This document shows, one piece after another, positions 18,728 through 27,568 of a DNA stretch of 40,230 nt; position 1 is the first letter of the stretch; each line of letters opens with the position of its first letter. The stretch is from sequence record DRR378314_2561. One strand, written 5' to 3'. The notes beneath the pieces were generated by a model that was not told the DNA's origin, made no database searches, and saw only the letters and a list, made by a program, of their open reading frames with translations. The translations under genes were made by a program, and so were the position numbers.

Positions 18728-19393
18728 ATGAACACTGAAGAACAAAATGCAACGGTCCACATATCGTTCAAAGATGTTATCTTGGAAGGGTTTCTTAACA
18801 TACCCGCCAATCCCAAAGGCCTGGTCCTCTTCTCCCATGGAAGTGGTAGTAGTCGATTGAGTCCCCGAAACAACTATGTTTCCAACATATTACAGCAAAA
18901 AGGAATAGCTACGTTATTATTTGATCTTTTAACCGAATCGGAAGACAAAATCTATAAGAATAGGTTTGATATGGAAAAGCTTACCCATCGACTTATTGAA
19001 ACGACACAATGGGCTCAACAACACCAAAAAATCAAGGGGTTGCCTTTAGGATATTTTGGCGCCAGTACCGGTGCTGCTTCAGCCCTACGGGCAGCTGCCT
19101 TTTTTGGAACTGCCATAAAAGCAGTGGTATCGCGTGGGGGGAGACCAGATTTGGCCATGGACGAACTTTCCGAAGTTAAGGCCTCTACCCTTTTTATCGT
19201 AGGTTCGCGGGATACCGATGTAATTTCCATGAACCAAAGGGCTTATGAAAAATTGAAATGCAGAAAGAAATTGGAAATCATTCCCGGTGCGGGGCATTTG
19301 TTTGAGGAGCCGGGCAAGTTAAGAGCGGTTGCCGAGATTTCTGCTACTTGGTTTCTGAGATGGCTCGAAAAAAATCCAGAAAATTATGTTTAG
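18728..19393 (+). CDS. Alpha/beta hydrolase (dienelactone hydrolase-like)
   Basis: FSHGSGSSRLSPRN, GYFGASTG nucleophile elbow, VVSRGGRPDL, GAGHLFEE. Confidence 0.9.
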   Translation: MNTEEQNATVHISFKDVILEGFLNIPANPKGLVLFSHGSGSSRLSPRNNYVSNILQQKGIATLLFDLLTESEDKIYKNRFDMEKLTHRLIETTQWAQQHQKIKGLPLGYFGASTGAASALRAAAFFGTAIKAVVSRGGRPDLAMDELSEVKASTLFIVGSRDTDVISMNQRAYEKLKCRKKLEIIPGAGHLFEEPGKLRAVAEISATWFLRWLEKNPENYV

Positions 19394-20006
19394 AGACAGG
19401 GAAGATGCCGCACTGCAATTGGCAGAAAGGCTTGAAAAATACAAAAATCAGAATGTAGTGGTACTTGCCATACCCAAAGGCGGACTTCCCTTGGGGGCTA
19501 TCATCGCAAAAACTTTGAATGCCCCGTTGGATGTAGCTCTTTCCAAAAAAATTGGCCATCCCTACAACAAGGAATATGCCATTGGAGCCGTAAGTTTGGA
19601 AGACGTCATTCTGTCCAATGAGCATGGAGTTGAAAGCAATTACATTGTTAAAGAAACGCAACGTATCCGTGAAAAGCTTCGGAAAAAATTTGAGGCTTAC
19701 CACAAGAATAAAATATCCATACCCTTGAAGGACAAAACTGTGATTATAGTGGATGATGGTGTAGCTACAGGAAACACCATAAAGGTCACTGCCCAATTGG
19801 TACAACATCAAAATCCAAGAAAAACAATAGTTGCCATCCCTGTGGCGCCTCATGGAGCGGTACAAAATCTACAGGATTCCAAATATATTGATGAGGTAAT
19901 CTGCCTTCTCATCCCTCGTAATTTTCATGCTGTGGGGCAATTTTATTCAGAATTCGAGCAAGTTTCGGAAGAAGAAGCCATTGAATTGTTGGAACAGGTA
20001 GGTTGA
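19386..20006 (+). CDS. Phosphoribosyltransferase family protein
   Basis: MFRDREDA, LAIPKGG, VIIVDDGVATGNT PRPP-binding motif, AVGQFY. Confidence 0.92.
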   Translation: MFRDREDAALQLAERLEKYKNQNVVVLAIPKGGLPLGAIIAKTLNAPLDVALSKKIGHPYNKEYAIGAVSLEDVILSNEHGVESNYIVKETQRIREKLRKKFEAYHKNKISIPLKDKTVIIVDDGVATGNTIKVTAQLVQHQNPRKTIVAIPVAPHGAVQNLQDSKYIDEVICLLIPRNFHAVGQFYSEFEQVSEEEAIELLEQVG

Positions 20007-20060
20007 TATTAGGAAATGTGATTTTCAATTCAATGACACATTTGTCCAGTGTCCACGCAT

Positions 20061-20471
20061 CTACATATCAAAAACTACATGGCTTTCCCAAATCTTTTCT
20101 TCATTCCTTCTCACACTTGTAGCAAGATACGAAACCCCTCTTATTCTTTCATCAAAGCTCCCCAACCATTTACCATAGAGTTGGGCCGAAATGCTATTCT
20201 CCGAAAACTCGGAAAAATAAACATTACAGAAAAGGGTCTTCTGCATATAGGTAAGGGAAAGAACGTCCGAGAGGAAATCAATCAGGAGGTCGGTCGCATT
20301 ATCAGTGGAAATCTCAATGCACATCTGACAGTCAAAATGACCGACGTTGTCACAGCCTCCCTTTTTCAGGATATCGTTCATGATTCCAAGATTATCCTTT
20401 AAAAGTATCTTAAGCGTAGGTGCCAGTACCTTTATTTCAATACCTGCCGTATGTTGTACCAACCCATTCAT
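20061..20471 (-). CDS. Archease family protein (degenerate)
   Basis: HTAG (canonical HTAD), LLIDFLSDVL, IRGVSYL (canonical IKAVTYH), terminal VFDM. Confidence 0.75.
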   Translation of the reverse strand: MNGLVQHTAGIEIKVLAPTLKILLKDNLGIMNDILKKGGCDNVGHFDCQMCIEISTDNATDLLIDFLSDVLSLTYMQKTLFCNVYFSEFSENSISAQLYGKWLGSFDERIRGVSYLATSVRRNEEKIWESHVVFDM

Positions 20472-21106
20472 GGCTTTATCGCTTTTACGGTCACAAAAGA
20501 TCCCAATCCATGACCGGTTTTGGGAATCTGCACTTCTTTGATGCTTTCCAGTTCACCAAAAAGGGTCTGGTTATATTTCATGTTTTTGAACCCTGATTTT
20601 TTCAGCAGTTGTTCCAACTCACTTACCGAATAAAAAGTTGCTGTTCTGTAAAAATTGCTTCGATCCCTTTTGCCCATATAGGATTTTGCAATGCTACGTT
20701 CTTTGTCCAAAAAACCGATAATAATGGCCCCATCCGATTTTAAAACACGAAAAGCTTCGGACAAGGCTTTTTTTACATTGCTAAAATGGCAAATGGTGAC
20801 AAAAAGGACAAAATCAAACTGCAAGGCGGAATAGGGCAAGTGCTCTGCTTTACCTTTCATGATTTCAATCCCTCTGTCAAATGCTTTTTTTGCCATCTCC
20901 AGAGAAGGCTCAATTCCTTCCTTGATGCCCAAAGGTTCGGAGAACCTTCCAGTGCCCAGGCCTACCTCAATTCCCTTTATGTTCTGGGGCATCTCCAAAA
21001 ACTGCTCCTGTAATGCCAATATTTCGGACTGATACACCTCGGGATGGTCCTCGTACCATTGCTCGTATTGGGATACATGTTCATCAAATACTGCTGTAGT
21101 TGCCAT
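20468..21106 (-). CDS. Class I SAM-dependent methyltransferase
   Basis: GIEVGLGTGRF, AEHLPY..FDFV, EAFRVLKSDG. Confidence 0.9.
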   Translation of the reverse strand: MATTAVFDEHVSQYEQWYEDHPEVYQSEILALQEQFLEMPQNIKGIEVGLGTGRFSEPLGIKEGIEPSLEMAKKAFDRGIEIMKGKAEHLPYSALQFDFVLFVTICHFSNVKKALSEAFRVLKSDGAIIIGFLDKERSIAKSYMGKRDRSNFYRTATFYSVSELEQLLKKSGFKNMKYNQTLFGELESIKEVQIPKTGHGLGSFVTVKAIKP

Positions 21107-21123
21107 AGCTTATTGTTTTTTAT

Positions 21124-21167
21124 AAAATTTAGTTATTGGACGCATGGTGCACAATGATGCAGGTCAA
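21124..21167 (-). promoter_or_regulatory. Regulon box + -7 element for methyltransferase-archease
   Basis: ATGATGCAGGTCAA 21154-21167; 22 nt; TAAATTTT on minus strand 21124-21131. Confidence 0.75.
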
Positions 21168-21198
21168 CCATAAGGCTTTACTTACTACTGACCATTAC

Positions 21199-21239
21199 AA
21201 AAAATACGGTCCGAAGCCAGGAGACCAGCGCGGACCATA
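21199..21239 (-). terminator. Intrinsic terminator after dodecin
   Basis: Minus strand TATGGTCCG..CGGACCGTA stem followed by T6. Confidence 0.7.
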
Positions 21240-21263
21240 CAAACAAAACCTACTAATTAGGAA

Positions 21264-21470
21264 TTATTCTTCATCTATTCCGAAAGTGACCTTGGCATTC
21301 ACACGGTACTCGGAAATTTGGTTGCTTTTTACACAAACCTGCATGTCCTTTACATAAACAGACTTGATGTTCCTCACTGTTTTTGATGTCTCCTTGACAA
21401 TGTTATTGATGGCATCCTCAAAACTCTCTTTTGAGTTTCCCATTATTTCGACGACTTTTAATACTGACAT
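21264..21470 (-). CDS. Dodecin family flavin-binding protein
   Basis: KVVEIMGNSKESFEDAI..KTVRNIKSVYVKD..EYRVNAKVTF, 68 aa. Confidence 0.9.
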   Translation of the reverse strand: MSVLKVVEIMGNSKESFEDAINNIVKETSKTVRNIKSVYVKDMQVCVKSNQISEYRVNAKVTFGIDEE

Positions 21471-21519
21471 AATGATTGATTTTATTGTTTATTAATTAGG
21501 CCAAAGACGACCCCGATTT

Positions 21520-22029
21520 CTATAGAAACTCACCTTTTTCATCCACTTTCACCCGCAGCGTCTTATCCCCATTTTCCAATTTCAATTTATACTTTTTGGA
21601 AACACCCTTTTCGTTGTGGTAAGTGACCAGGTAGACATCCTTGGTTATGGTCCATTCCGGAAACCTGTCCAAGATGGCCTTCTTTACCGTATTCGGTAGA
21701 TTAATGTTCTTAAACCTTTCAGCAGTTCGGATAATCTTGCCGTCTTTGTCATAGGCAGCAAGGATTTTCCCTTCTGGGATAAAGAAATTAATGTTGTACA
21801 GGTCATAATCATCCTGATAGAATTCAGAACCTTTTACGTCAAAAGCTGCAACTTTTCTTCTGAGCATTTCAACAGGTATGGAAGCCTCTTCCTCAGTGTC
21901 GATGTTGTTCAAATACTTGTAATTGGTCGCATACACAATTACCTCTGACAATTCTTCCGTTTTGATGATCTGGGAATGCAAAGAGATTGCGAGTCCCACG
22001 GTCAATAGAGTTAATACTATCTTTTTCAT
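21520..22029 (-). CDS. Secreted hypothetical protein, PepSY-like C-terminus
   Basis: Signal peptide; LPNTVKKAILDRFPEWTI..YKLKLENG..VKVDEKG. Confidence 0.75.
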   Translation of the reverse strand: MKKIVLTLLTVGLAISLHSQIIKTEELSEVIVYATNYKYLNNIDTEEEASIPVEMLRRKVAAFDVKGSEFYQDDYDLYNINFFIPEGKILAAYDKDGKIIRTAERFKNINLPNTVKKAILDRFPEWTITKDVYLVTYHNEKGVSKKYKLKLENGDKTLRVKVDEKGEFL

Positions 22030-22099
22030 AATCTTAGTGTTTTTGTTAATACTTCAATGGCTACTGAGCCATCCTTTTAAAATTATCGCTTCATATATT

Positions 22100-22143
22100 C
22101 AAAACTAGTGTGGATAGGCTCTTTGCGAAATGACCCAGATCAT
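22100..22143 (-). promoter_or_regulatory. Regulon box + -7 element
   Basis: ATGACCCAGATCAT 22130-22143; 22 nt; perfect TAGTTTTG on minus strand 22100-22107. Confidence 0.85.
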
Positions 22144-22228
22144 CCTGAATCATTTTAAGTGACTCATTTAGAATCCATTGAAAACAGGGCGGTCAATGCT
22201 AAAATTTACATCCAGAGAATCCTATGGA

Positions 22229-22272
22229 CTGACCCAAATCATTGGAAAATAGTCGCTGTGCCTTGAAATTTG
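22229..22272 (+). promoter_or_regulatory. Regulon box + -7 element for ppsA
   Basis: CTGACCCAAATCAT 22229-22242; 22 nt; GAAATTTG 22265-22272. Confidence 0.75.
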
Positions 22273-22290
22273 TGAATTAAATCCTAAGCC

Positions 22291-24690
22291 ATGGATGATT
22301 ACATCAAACCTTTTAAAGCAATACATATTGATGACTTACCAAAAGTTGGTGGGAAAAATGCCTCATTGGGTGAAATGTACAATGAATTGATAGAGGAAGG
22401 GGTTCGAGTTCCTAATGGTTTTGCAACCACATCGGATGCTTTCTGGGATTTTTTGGATAAAAATCAACTTCGAAAACCTTTGGAAGACGTTTTGGCAAGT
22501 TTGGATACAAACACATATGTCAACTTAAATGAAATTGGCAAAAAGGCGCGGGATTTGATATTGGGCGGAACCTTTTCAGATGAATTTTCCCAAAAGATAG
22601 TGGAAGCCTACCAAAATCTTGACAAGAGTGGTTCTGCCACTGTTGCCGTAAGGAGCAGTGCCACGGCCGAAGACCTTCCCGGTGCCAGTTTTGCAGGGCA
22701 ACATGACACGTTTTTGAACATAAAAGGGGAAAAGCAAGTTCTGGAGGCGGTTAAAAAATGTTTTGCCTCCCTATATACGGATAGGGCCATCAAATATCGT
22801 AACGACAAGGGTTTTAAACATGCTGATGTTGCCCTATCGGTAGGTGTGCAGCAAATGGTAAGGGCAGATAAGGGCTGTTCGGGTGTGGGGTTTACCATAG
22901 AGCCTGAATCCGGTTTTGAAAATGTCATTCTGTTGTCCGGGGTTTGGGGCCTCGGGGAAAACATCGTACAGGGCAATGTCAATCCTGATGAGTTCTATGT
23001 TTTTAAACCCACCTTGAAAACAGGACACTTCCCCATCATCCAAAAAAAGAAGGGCGACAAACGTTTGACCATGATCTATAACACAGATCAGCACGGAGAA
23101 CCAACATTGAACATCAAGACCCCAGTTTCCAAGCAGGTCCAGTTTGTCCTCTCCGATAATGAGATTGTGCAATTGGCCCAATGGGCCATGGCCATAGAAA
23201 AACATTACCAAAAACCCATGGACATTGAGTGGGCCAAGGATGGTCTATCCAACGAGCTTTTTATCATTCAGGCACGGCCGGAAACGGTGCATCAAGGCAG
23301 GGACATGAACATATATATTGAGTACAAATTGCTTGAAAAAGGAACGATACTCACCTCTGGAAATGCCGTTGGTTCAAAAATAAAAGTGGGTACAGTACTC
23401 CAATTGAAATCCCCCAAAGAAGCCAAAAACCTAACATCGGAACACTTGATCGTGACCGATACCATAACCCCGGATTGGGATCCGCTCCTAAAACAGGTTG
23501 GTGGGATCATCACCAACAAAGGTGGGCGTACCAGCCATGCAGCCATTGTTGCCCGCGAATTGGGAGTGCCTGCCATTGTTGGCTGTGGCAATGCCACTGA
23601 TGTTCTTTCAAATGGTCAGAATGTTACCCTGTCCTGTGCCCAAGGGAAAACCGGCCACATTTATAATGGAGCTTTAAAATTTGAGGAAACCAAGGTAGAT
23701 TTTTCAAATATCCTTTTGCCTGATACTGAGGTCAAAATGATTCTGTCCGACCCCGAGAGTGCATTTCAACTCTCTTTTTATCCCAATAACGGCGTGGGAT
23801 TATTGCGTATGGAATTTATTATAACCCATTCGGTGAAAATCCACCCCATGGCCTTGGTCAATTTTGACAGCATCAAAAATGAAGGTGCAAAAAATGAAAT
23901 CGAAATGCTTACCAAGGGCTATCCCAAGAGGACGGATTATTTCATAGACCAGCTTTCACAGGGAATTGCCACTATTGCCGCGGCTTTTTATCCCAAAGAA
24001 GTCATTGTGCGGCTCAGCGATTTTAAGACGAATGAATATGCCAACCTCATCGGAGGAAAAGATTTTGAGCCCAAAGAGGAAAACCCCATGCTGGGCTTTA
24101 GAGGCGCCTCCCGTTACTACAGCGATCGGTACAAGGATGGATTTGCGCTTGAATGTGCAGCCATAAAAAGGGTTAGGGATACCATGGGTTTGACCAACCT
24201 TAAGGTAATGGTACCCTTTTGCCGCACCCTATTGGAAGGAAAGAAAGTACTCCTGATAATGGAGGAAAACGGATTGAAAAGAGGGGAAAATGGGCTTGAG
24301 ATCTATACCATGGTCGAAATACCCAGCAATGTGATCTTGGCTGAGGAGTTTGCACAGATCTTTGATGGCTTTTCCATTGGTTCCAACGATCTTACACAAC
24401 TTACTTTGGGGATTGACCGTGACTCGGAAATAATGGGTGGTCTCTTTGATGAAAATGACCCCGCTGCCAAAAAGATGATTTCCATGGCCATCTCATCTGC
24501 AAAAAAGACCGAGACCAAAATTGGACTCTGTGGGCAAGCACCAAGTGATTTTCCCGAGTTTGCGGCTTTTTTGGTGGACCTGGGCATCAACAGTATTTCC
24601 TTTAATCCCGATGCGTTGTTGAAAGGGATAAAGAACATCAACAAGGCAGAAAAAAGAATGGTTGATAGAAAAAGTACGTTCTTGGCTTGA
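22291..24690 (+). CDS. ppsA: Phosphoenolpyruvate synthase
   Basis: VGGKNASLGEM, AVRSSATAED, DIEWA, GGRTSHAAIVARE phospho-His, EENPMLGFRGASRY, FSIGSNDL. Confidence 0.96.
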   Translation: MDDYIKPFKAIHIDDLPKVGGKNASLGEMYNELIEEGVRVPNGFATTSDAFWDFLDKNQLRKPLEDVLASLDTNTYVNLNEIGKKARDLILGGTFSDEFSQKIVEAYQNLDKSGSATVAVRSSATAEDLPGASFAGQHDTFLNIKGEKQVLEAVKKCFASLYTDRAIKYRNDKGFKHADVALSVGVQQMVRADKGCSGVGFTIEPESGFENVILLSGVWGLGENIVQGNVNPDEFYVFKPTLKTGHFPIIQKKKGDKRLTMIYNTDQHGEPTLNIKTPVSKQVQFVLSDNEIVQLAQWAMAIEKHYQKPMDIEWAKDGLSNELFIIQARPETVHQGRDMNIYIEYKLLEKGTILTSGNAVGSKIKVGTVLQLKSPKEAKNLTSEHLIVTDTITPDWDPLLKQVGGIITNKGGRTSHAAIVARELGVPAIVGCGNATDVLSNGQNVTLSCAQGKTGHIYNGALKFEETKVDFSNILLPDTEVKMILSDPESAFQLSFYPNNGVGLLRMEFIITHSVKIHPMALVNFDSIKNEGAKNEIEMLTKGYPKRTDYFIDQLSQGIATIAAAFYPKEVIVRLSDFKTNEYANLIGGKDFEPKEENPMLGFRGASRYYSDRYKDGFALECAAIKRVRDTMGLTNLKVMVPFCRTLLEGKKVLLIMEENGLKRGENGLEIYTMVEIPSNVILAEEFAQIFDGFSIGSNDLTQLTLGIDRDSEIMGGLFDENDPAAKKMISMAISSAKKTETKIGLCGQAPSDFPEFAAFLVDLGINSISFNPDALLKGIKNINKAEKRMVDRKSTFLA

Positions 24691-24754
24691 CATTGAACTC
24701 GTAAGAAATGACAATGTTGTCCAAAATGTTAAAATTTGAAAAAAAAGTACCCAG

Positions 24755-24798
24755 ATGATCCAGATCATTTCAAAGCCAAAACAATCGCCTTAATTTAG
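24755..24798 (+). promoter_or_regulatory. Regulon box + -7 element with no credible downstream CDS
   Basis: ATGATCCAGATCAT 24755-24768; 22 nt; TAATTTAG 24791-24798. Confidence 0.82.
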
Positions 24799-24802
24799 CA
24801 CC

Positions 24803-25000
24803 AAGATTACGATACTATACGTTCTTTGAAGATAAAAACCATTGGTTTAATAAATACAGAGGGAGATACAACTATTCTTTGACTCCTCTTGGAATTGCAA
24901 AAATGTTTAGTGATAAACACTAGTAGCATATACAAGAAAAAGAGCGTTGGGTAGGATAACTTCTTCTGTGAAACCGGGGCATTAAAATGCTCCGGTTTCT
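24803..25000 (+). ncRNA. Candidate ~200-nt regulon-controlled small RNA
   Basis: Follows a consensus promoter; only a 6-codon ATG ORF before the closing stem; hairpins incl. TGTTTA-GTGA-TAAACA (24904-24919) and closing stem 24970-24999. Confidence 0.5.
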
Positions 25001-25274
25001 ACAAAAACTATAGAAAAATAGTTAATTGGAAAAAAGCCAATGGTAATAAAAGGTGTTTTTATAAGGCACGAGGATTTGAATATCAACCACATTTTTCCAA
25101 ATGCGGAGAACGATCCTCCTCTCCATCAAAAACACCCCATAAAATGTTTATGGTCTGAGAGGATACATAAACTAGAAGGGTTTGGATTGTCCACTGAACA
25201 ATCTTTTTTAAGCATTTTAGCAATAAGATGGTATAGAGAAAGTTTAAGGCAGAAAGCAACTCAAGCCTTTCGAA

Positions 25275-25302
25275 GAAACAGGGAGTCTTGGCTCCCTGTT
25301 TC
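25275..25302. terminator. Strong hairpin (terminator-like)
   Basis: GAAACAGGGAG-tcttgg-CTCCCTGTTTC, perfect 11-bp stem; poor U-tract. Confidence 0.5.
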
Positions 25303-25369
25303 CATTTAAATTCCGTCCATTCTCCTTAGTAATGGTGTATTGTTCCCTAAATTAATTCATTCTGAAAAA

Positions 25370-25771
25370 ATGGAATATTATTTCAATACCGTTCTCAGTG
25401 ACATCACTTTTGAAAAAGCTATACAAAAAACCACCCAAGCCCTTAAAAATGAAGGTTTCGGGGTTCTTACCGAAATTGACATCAGGAATACATTGAAGCA
25501 GAAATTGGATGTACACTTTCCCAATTATACAATTTTGGGAGCATGTAACCCCTCATTTGCCCATAAAGCATTACAGGTAGAAAACAAGATTGGCACCATG
25601 CTTCCTTGTAATGTAATCGTAAGTGAAGCCGAAGATGGTAACATAGAGGTGGCCGCCGTAAATCCCATTGCTTCGATGATGGGAGTCCACAATGAGGCCT
25701 TGATGGGCATTGCCGAGGAGGTCCGGGACAAACTCAAAAGAGTGATAGAGGCCCTTCAAGAAAGTCATTGA
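25370..25771 (+). CDS. DUF302 domain protein
   Basis: LKNEGFGVLTEIDI, YTILGACNPSFA, IGTMLPCNVIV; ATG 25370. Confidence 0.9.
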   Translation: MEYYFNTVLSDITFEKAIQKTTQALKNEGFGVLTEIDIRNTLKQKLDVHFPNYTILGACNPSFAHKALQVENKIGTMLPCNVIVSEAEDGNIEVAAVNPIASMMGVHNEALMGIAEEVRDKLKRVIEALQESH

Positions 25772-25795
25772 CCCATATCAACAAAGTATACCGTC

Positions 25796-25966
25796 ATGGA
25801 ATCTTCAAATATTTGCCAACACTGTGGAAAGCCCATGTACCACCTTACCGATTTTGGAACCAACCGGGATGGCACTATCAATACGGAATATTGCCACAAA
25901 TGCTATCAAAAAGGTACGTTTATCCATCCAGGGGAAGAAAACTTTGATCAACAGAAGGTACTTTAG
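25796..25966 (+). CDS. Putative zinc-ribbon protein, 56 aa (not in ORF track)
   Basis: MESSNICQHCGKPMYHLTDFGTNRDGTINTEYCHKCYQKGTFIHPGEENFDQQKVL; two CxxC pairs, Zn_ribbon_2-like pattern. Confidence 0.78.
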   Translation: MESSNICQHCGKPMYHLTDFGTNRDGTINTEYCHKCYQKGTFIHPGEENFDQQKVL

Positions 25967-26021
25967 TGTTTTTTATGCTTCAATTTTTTTGCTGATAGCG
26001 CAGCATCGAAGCCAAAAACAA

Positions 26022-26783
26022 TCATGCAATGACCATCCCACCATCTACAACATAAGTACCACCAGTGATATACCTGCTTTCATCCGAAGCCAGGAAAAGA
26101 ACCAAATTCACAATTTCGCCAGCTTCGGCATAGCGCCCGAAGGGTACACTGGCCTCAAATCCCTTTTTGGCCCCGTCGCTGTCCTCTGGTGAAATATCGG
26201 CCTCTATCCTGCGCATCATGTCGGTTTCCACAGGGCCCGGATGTATGGTATTTACGCGTATTTTTTTGTTGGAAAACTCTAGGGCCGCGGTGCGCATGAT
26301 ACCCACAACGCCATGTTTGCTGGCCACATAGGCACCCAAACCTTCAAAACCTTTAAGACCGGCCACCGAGGAAGTGATAATGACACTTCCCCCCTGCTCC
26401 ATTTTCGGGATCACATACTTGCATCCGTACCAAACGCCTTTCAAGTTTACATCCATGACCTTGTTGAAGATATCATCGGGGTAGTCTGCCATGGATCTTG
26501 AGGTTCCTTCAATGCCCGCATTGTTGAAAAAAACATCGATTTTGCCAAACTTGTCCAACGCTATCCGAACGTATTCTTTTACAGCATCCGCTTTGGATAC
26601 GTCTGCCGTACAATAGGCAACATTGGGATTATTGAACCCTTCAACTGTTTCTTTTAGGCTCTTTTCGTTAATGTCTACCAAAAGCACTTTGGCTCCTTCC
26701 CGCAAGAAAGTTTTAGCAGTCTCTTTGCCTATTCCCGCGGCTCCTCCGGTGATTATGGCCACTTTATTGTCCAATCTTTTCAT
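26022..26783 (-). CDS. Short-chain dehydrogenase/reductase
   Basis: TGGAAGIG, NNAG, YVASK, IRVNTIHPG. Confidence 0.95.
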   Translation of the reverse strand: MKRLDNKVAIITGGAAGIGKETAKTFLREGAKVLLVDINEKSLKETVEGFNNPNVAYCTADVSKADAVKEYVRIALDKFGKIDVFFNNAGIEGTSRSMADYPDDIFNKVMDVNLKGVWYGCKYVIPKMEQGGSVIITSSVAGLKGFEGLGAYVASKHGVVGIMRTAALEFSNKKIRVNTIHPGPVETDMMRRIEADISPEDSDGAKKGFEASVPFGRYAEAGEIVNLVLFLASDESRYITGGTYVVDGGMVIA

Positions 26784-27457
26784 GGTTTCTGGATTTGTTC
26801 ACTAATGTTGGAGATTTGGAAATCACTGTCGCTGGTCTTTATCAGTATCAGATTGGGCGAAATGAAGGATGCCGTCAAATTTGGTGTCTGATATCTCCTT
26901 TTAATCATGGAGATATTTTCTCTTTTACTGATGGGCCAAATAATTTCACCTTGGGTATTCAGAATAACTTCGGTAAAGGCATATTCATAAATATTCAGCT
27001 GAAAGTTATTTTTCCCCCTGAAAGTTCTCCTGCAATAGATCCCTATGGCCCTGTCATCTTCAAAACCTGTAACATTCAGATACTCTGGTTCGATTACAAT
27101 TCTTCCTTGGGTGTCCATAAACCCGTAATATGGAATTCCCTCATCCTTTATTTCTTGGATGGCACATAGACCGTTCTTAAATTTCGGGTACCTGATGCCC
27201 TTGATATCGCTATGGGACTCATCCGCATTTTGGTTCCAGACCACATCATCCCTAAAATCTATGACCAGATTGCCCTCTTGGTCTATAAAGCCCCATTTAA
27301 CGCCTTTCCGGACGGCTGCCAACCCTTCGCTGAAAGGGCCCACTTCGTCAAGCTCCTTTATTTTGACCGTTGGATCATTTATTGTCTCCAGGGTTTGTGC
27401 ACCCATTACAAATGGGAAGGCCATAAAAGCCATTCCCACTAAATATTTCAGTCCCAT
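26780..27457 (-). CDS. WG-repeat secreted protein
   Basis: Signal peptide; FSEGLAAVRKGVKWGFID, YGFMDTQGRIVIEPEY. Confidence 0.85.
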   Translation of the reverse strand: MGLKYLVGMAFMAFPFVMGAQTLETINDPTVKIKELDEVGPFSEGLAAVRKGVKWGFIDQEGNLVIDFRDDVVWNQNADESHSDIKGIRYPKFKNGLCAIQEIKDEGIPYYGFMDTQGRIVIEPEYLNVTGFEDDRAIGIYCRRTFRGKNNFQLNIYEYAFTEVILNTQGEIIWPISKRENISMIKRRYQTPNLTASFISPNLILIKTSDSDFQISNISEQIQKP

Positions 27458-27478
27458 AATTCATTTTTTTATATTGAT

Positions 27479-27522
27479 TCAAGGTAGGTCAAATGCCGTT
27501 CTGTAAAAATGATTTAAATCAG
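27479..27522 (-). promoter_or_regulatory. Regulon box + -7 element for WG-SDR
   Basis: ATGATTTAAATCAG 27509-27522; 22 nt; TACCTTGA on minus strand 27479-27486. Confidence 0.72.
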
Positions 27523-27568
27523 TGGAACAGCTATTTGCCATGGATATCATAGCGTCTTTCAGATTCTC

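Noticed and set aside
21520-22029. Enzymatic (nucleotidyltransferase) assignment for the 169-aa protein
   Set aside because: It has a signal peptide and no HxGH motif; treated as a secreted hypothetical protein
25040-25309. 89-aa ORF MVIKGVF..
   Set aside because: No recognisable motifs and it runs through a strong hairpin; probably spurious, though not excluded
25768-25781. TTGACCCATATCAA as a 21st regulon promoter
   Set aside because: Fits the core but has no -7-like octamer at 22 nt on either side and overlaps the DUF302 stop codon
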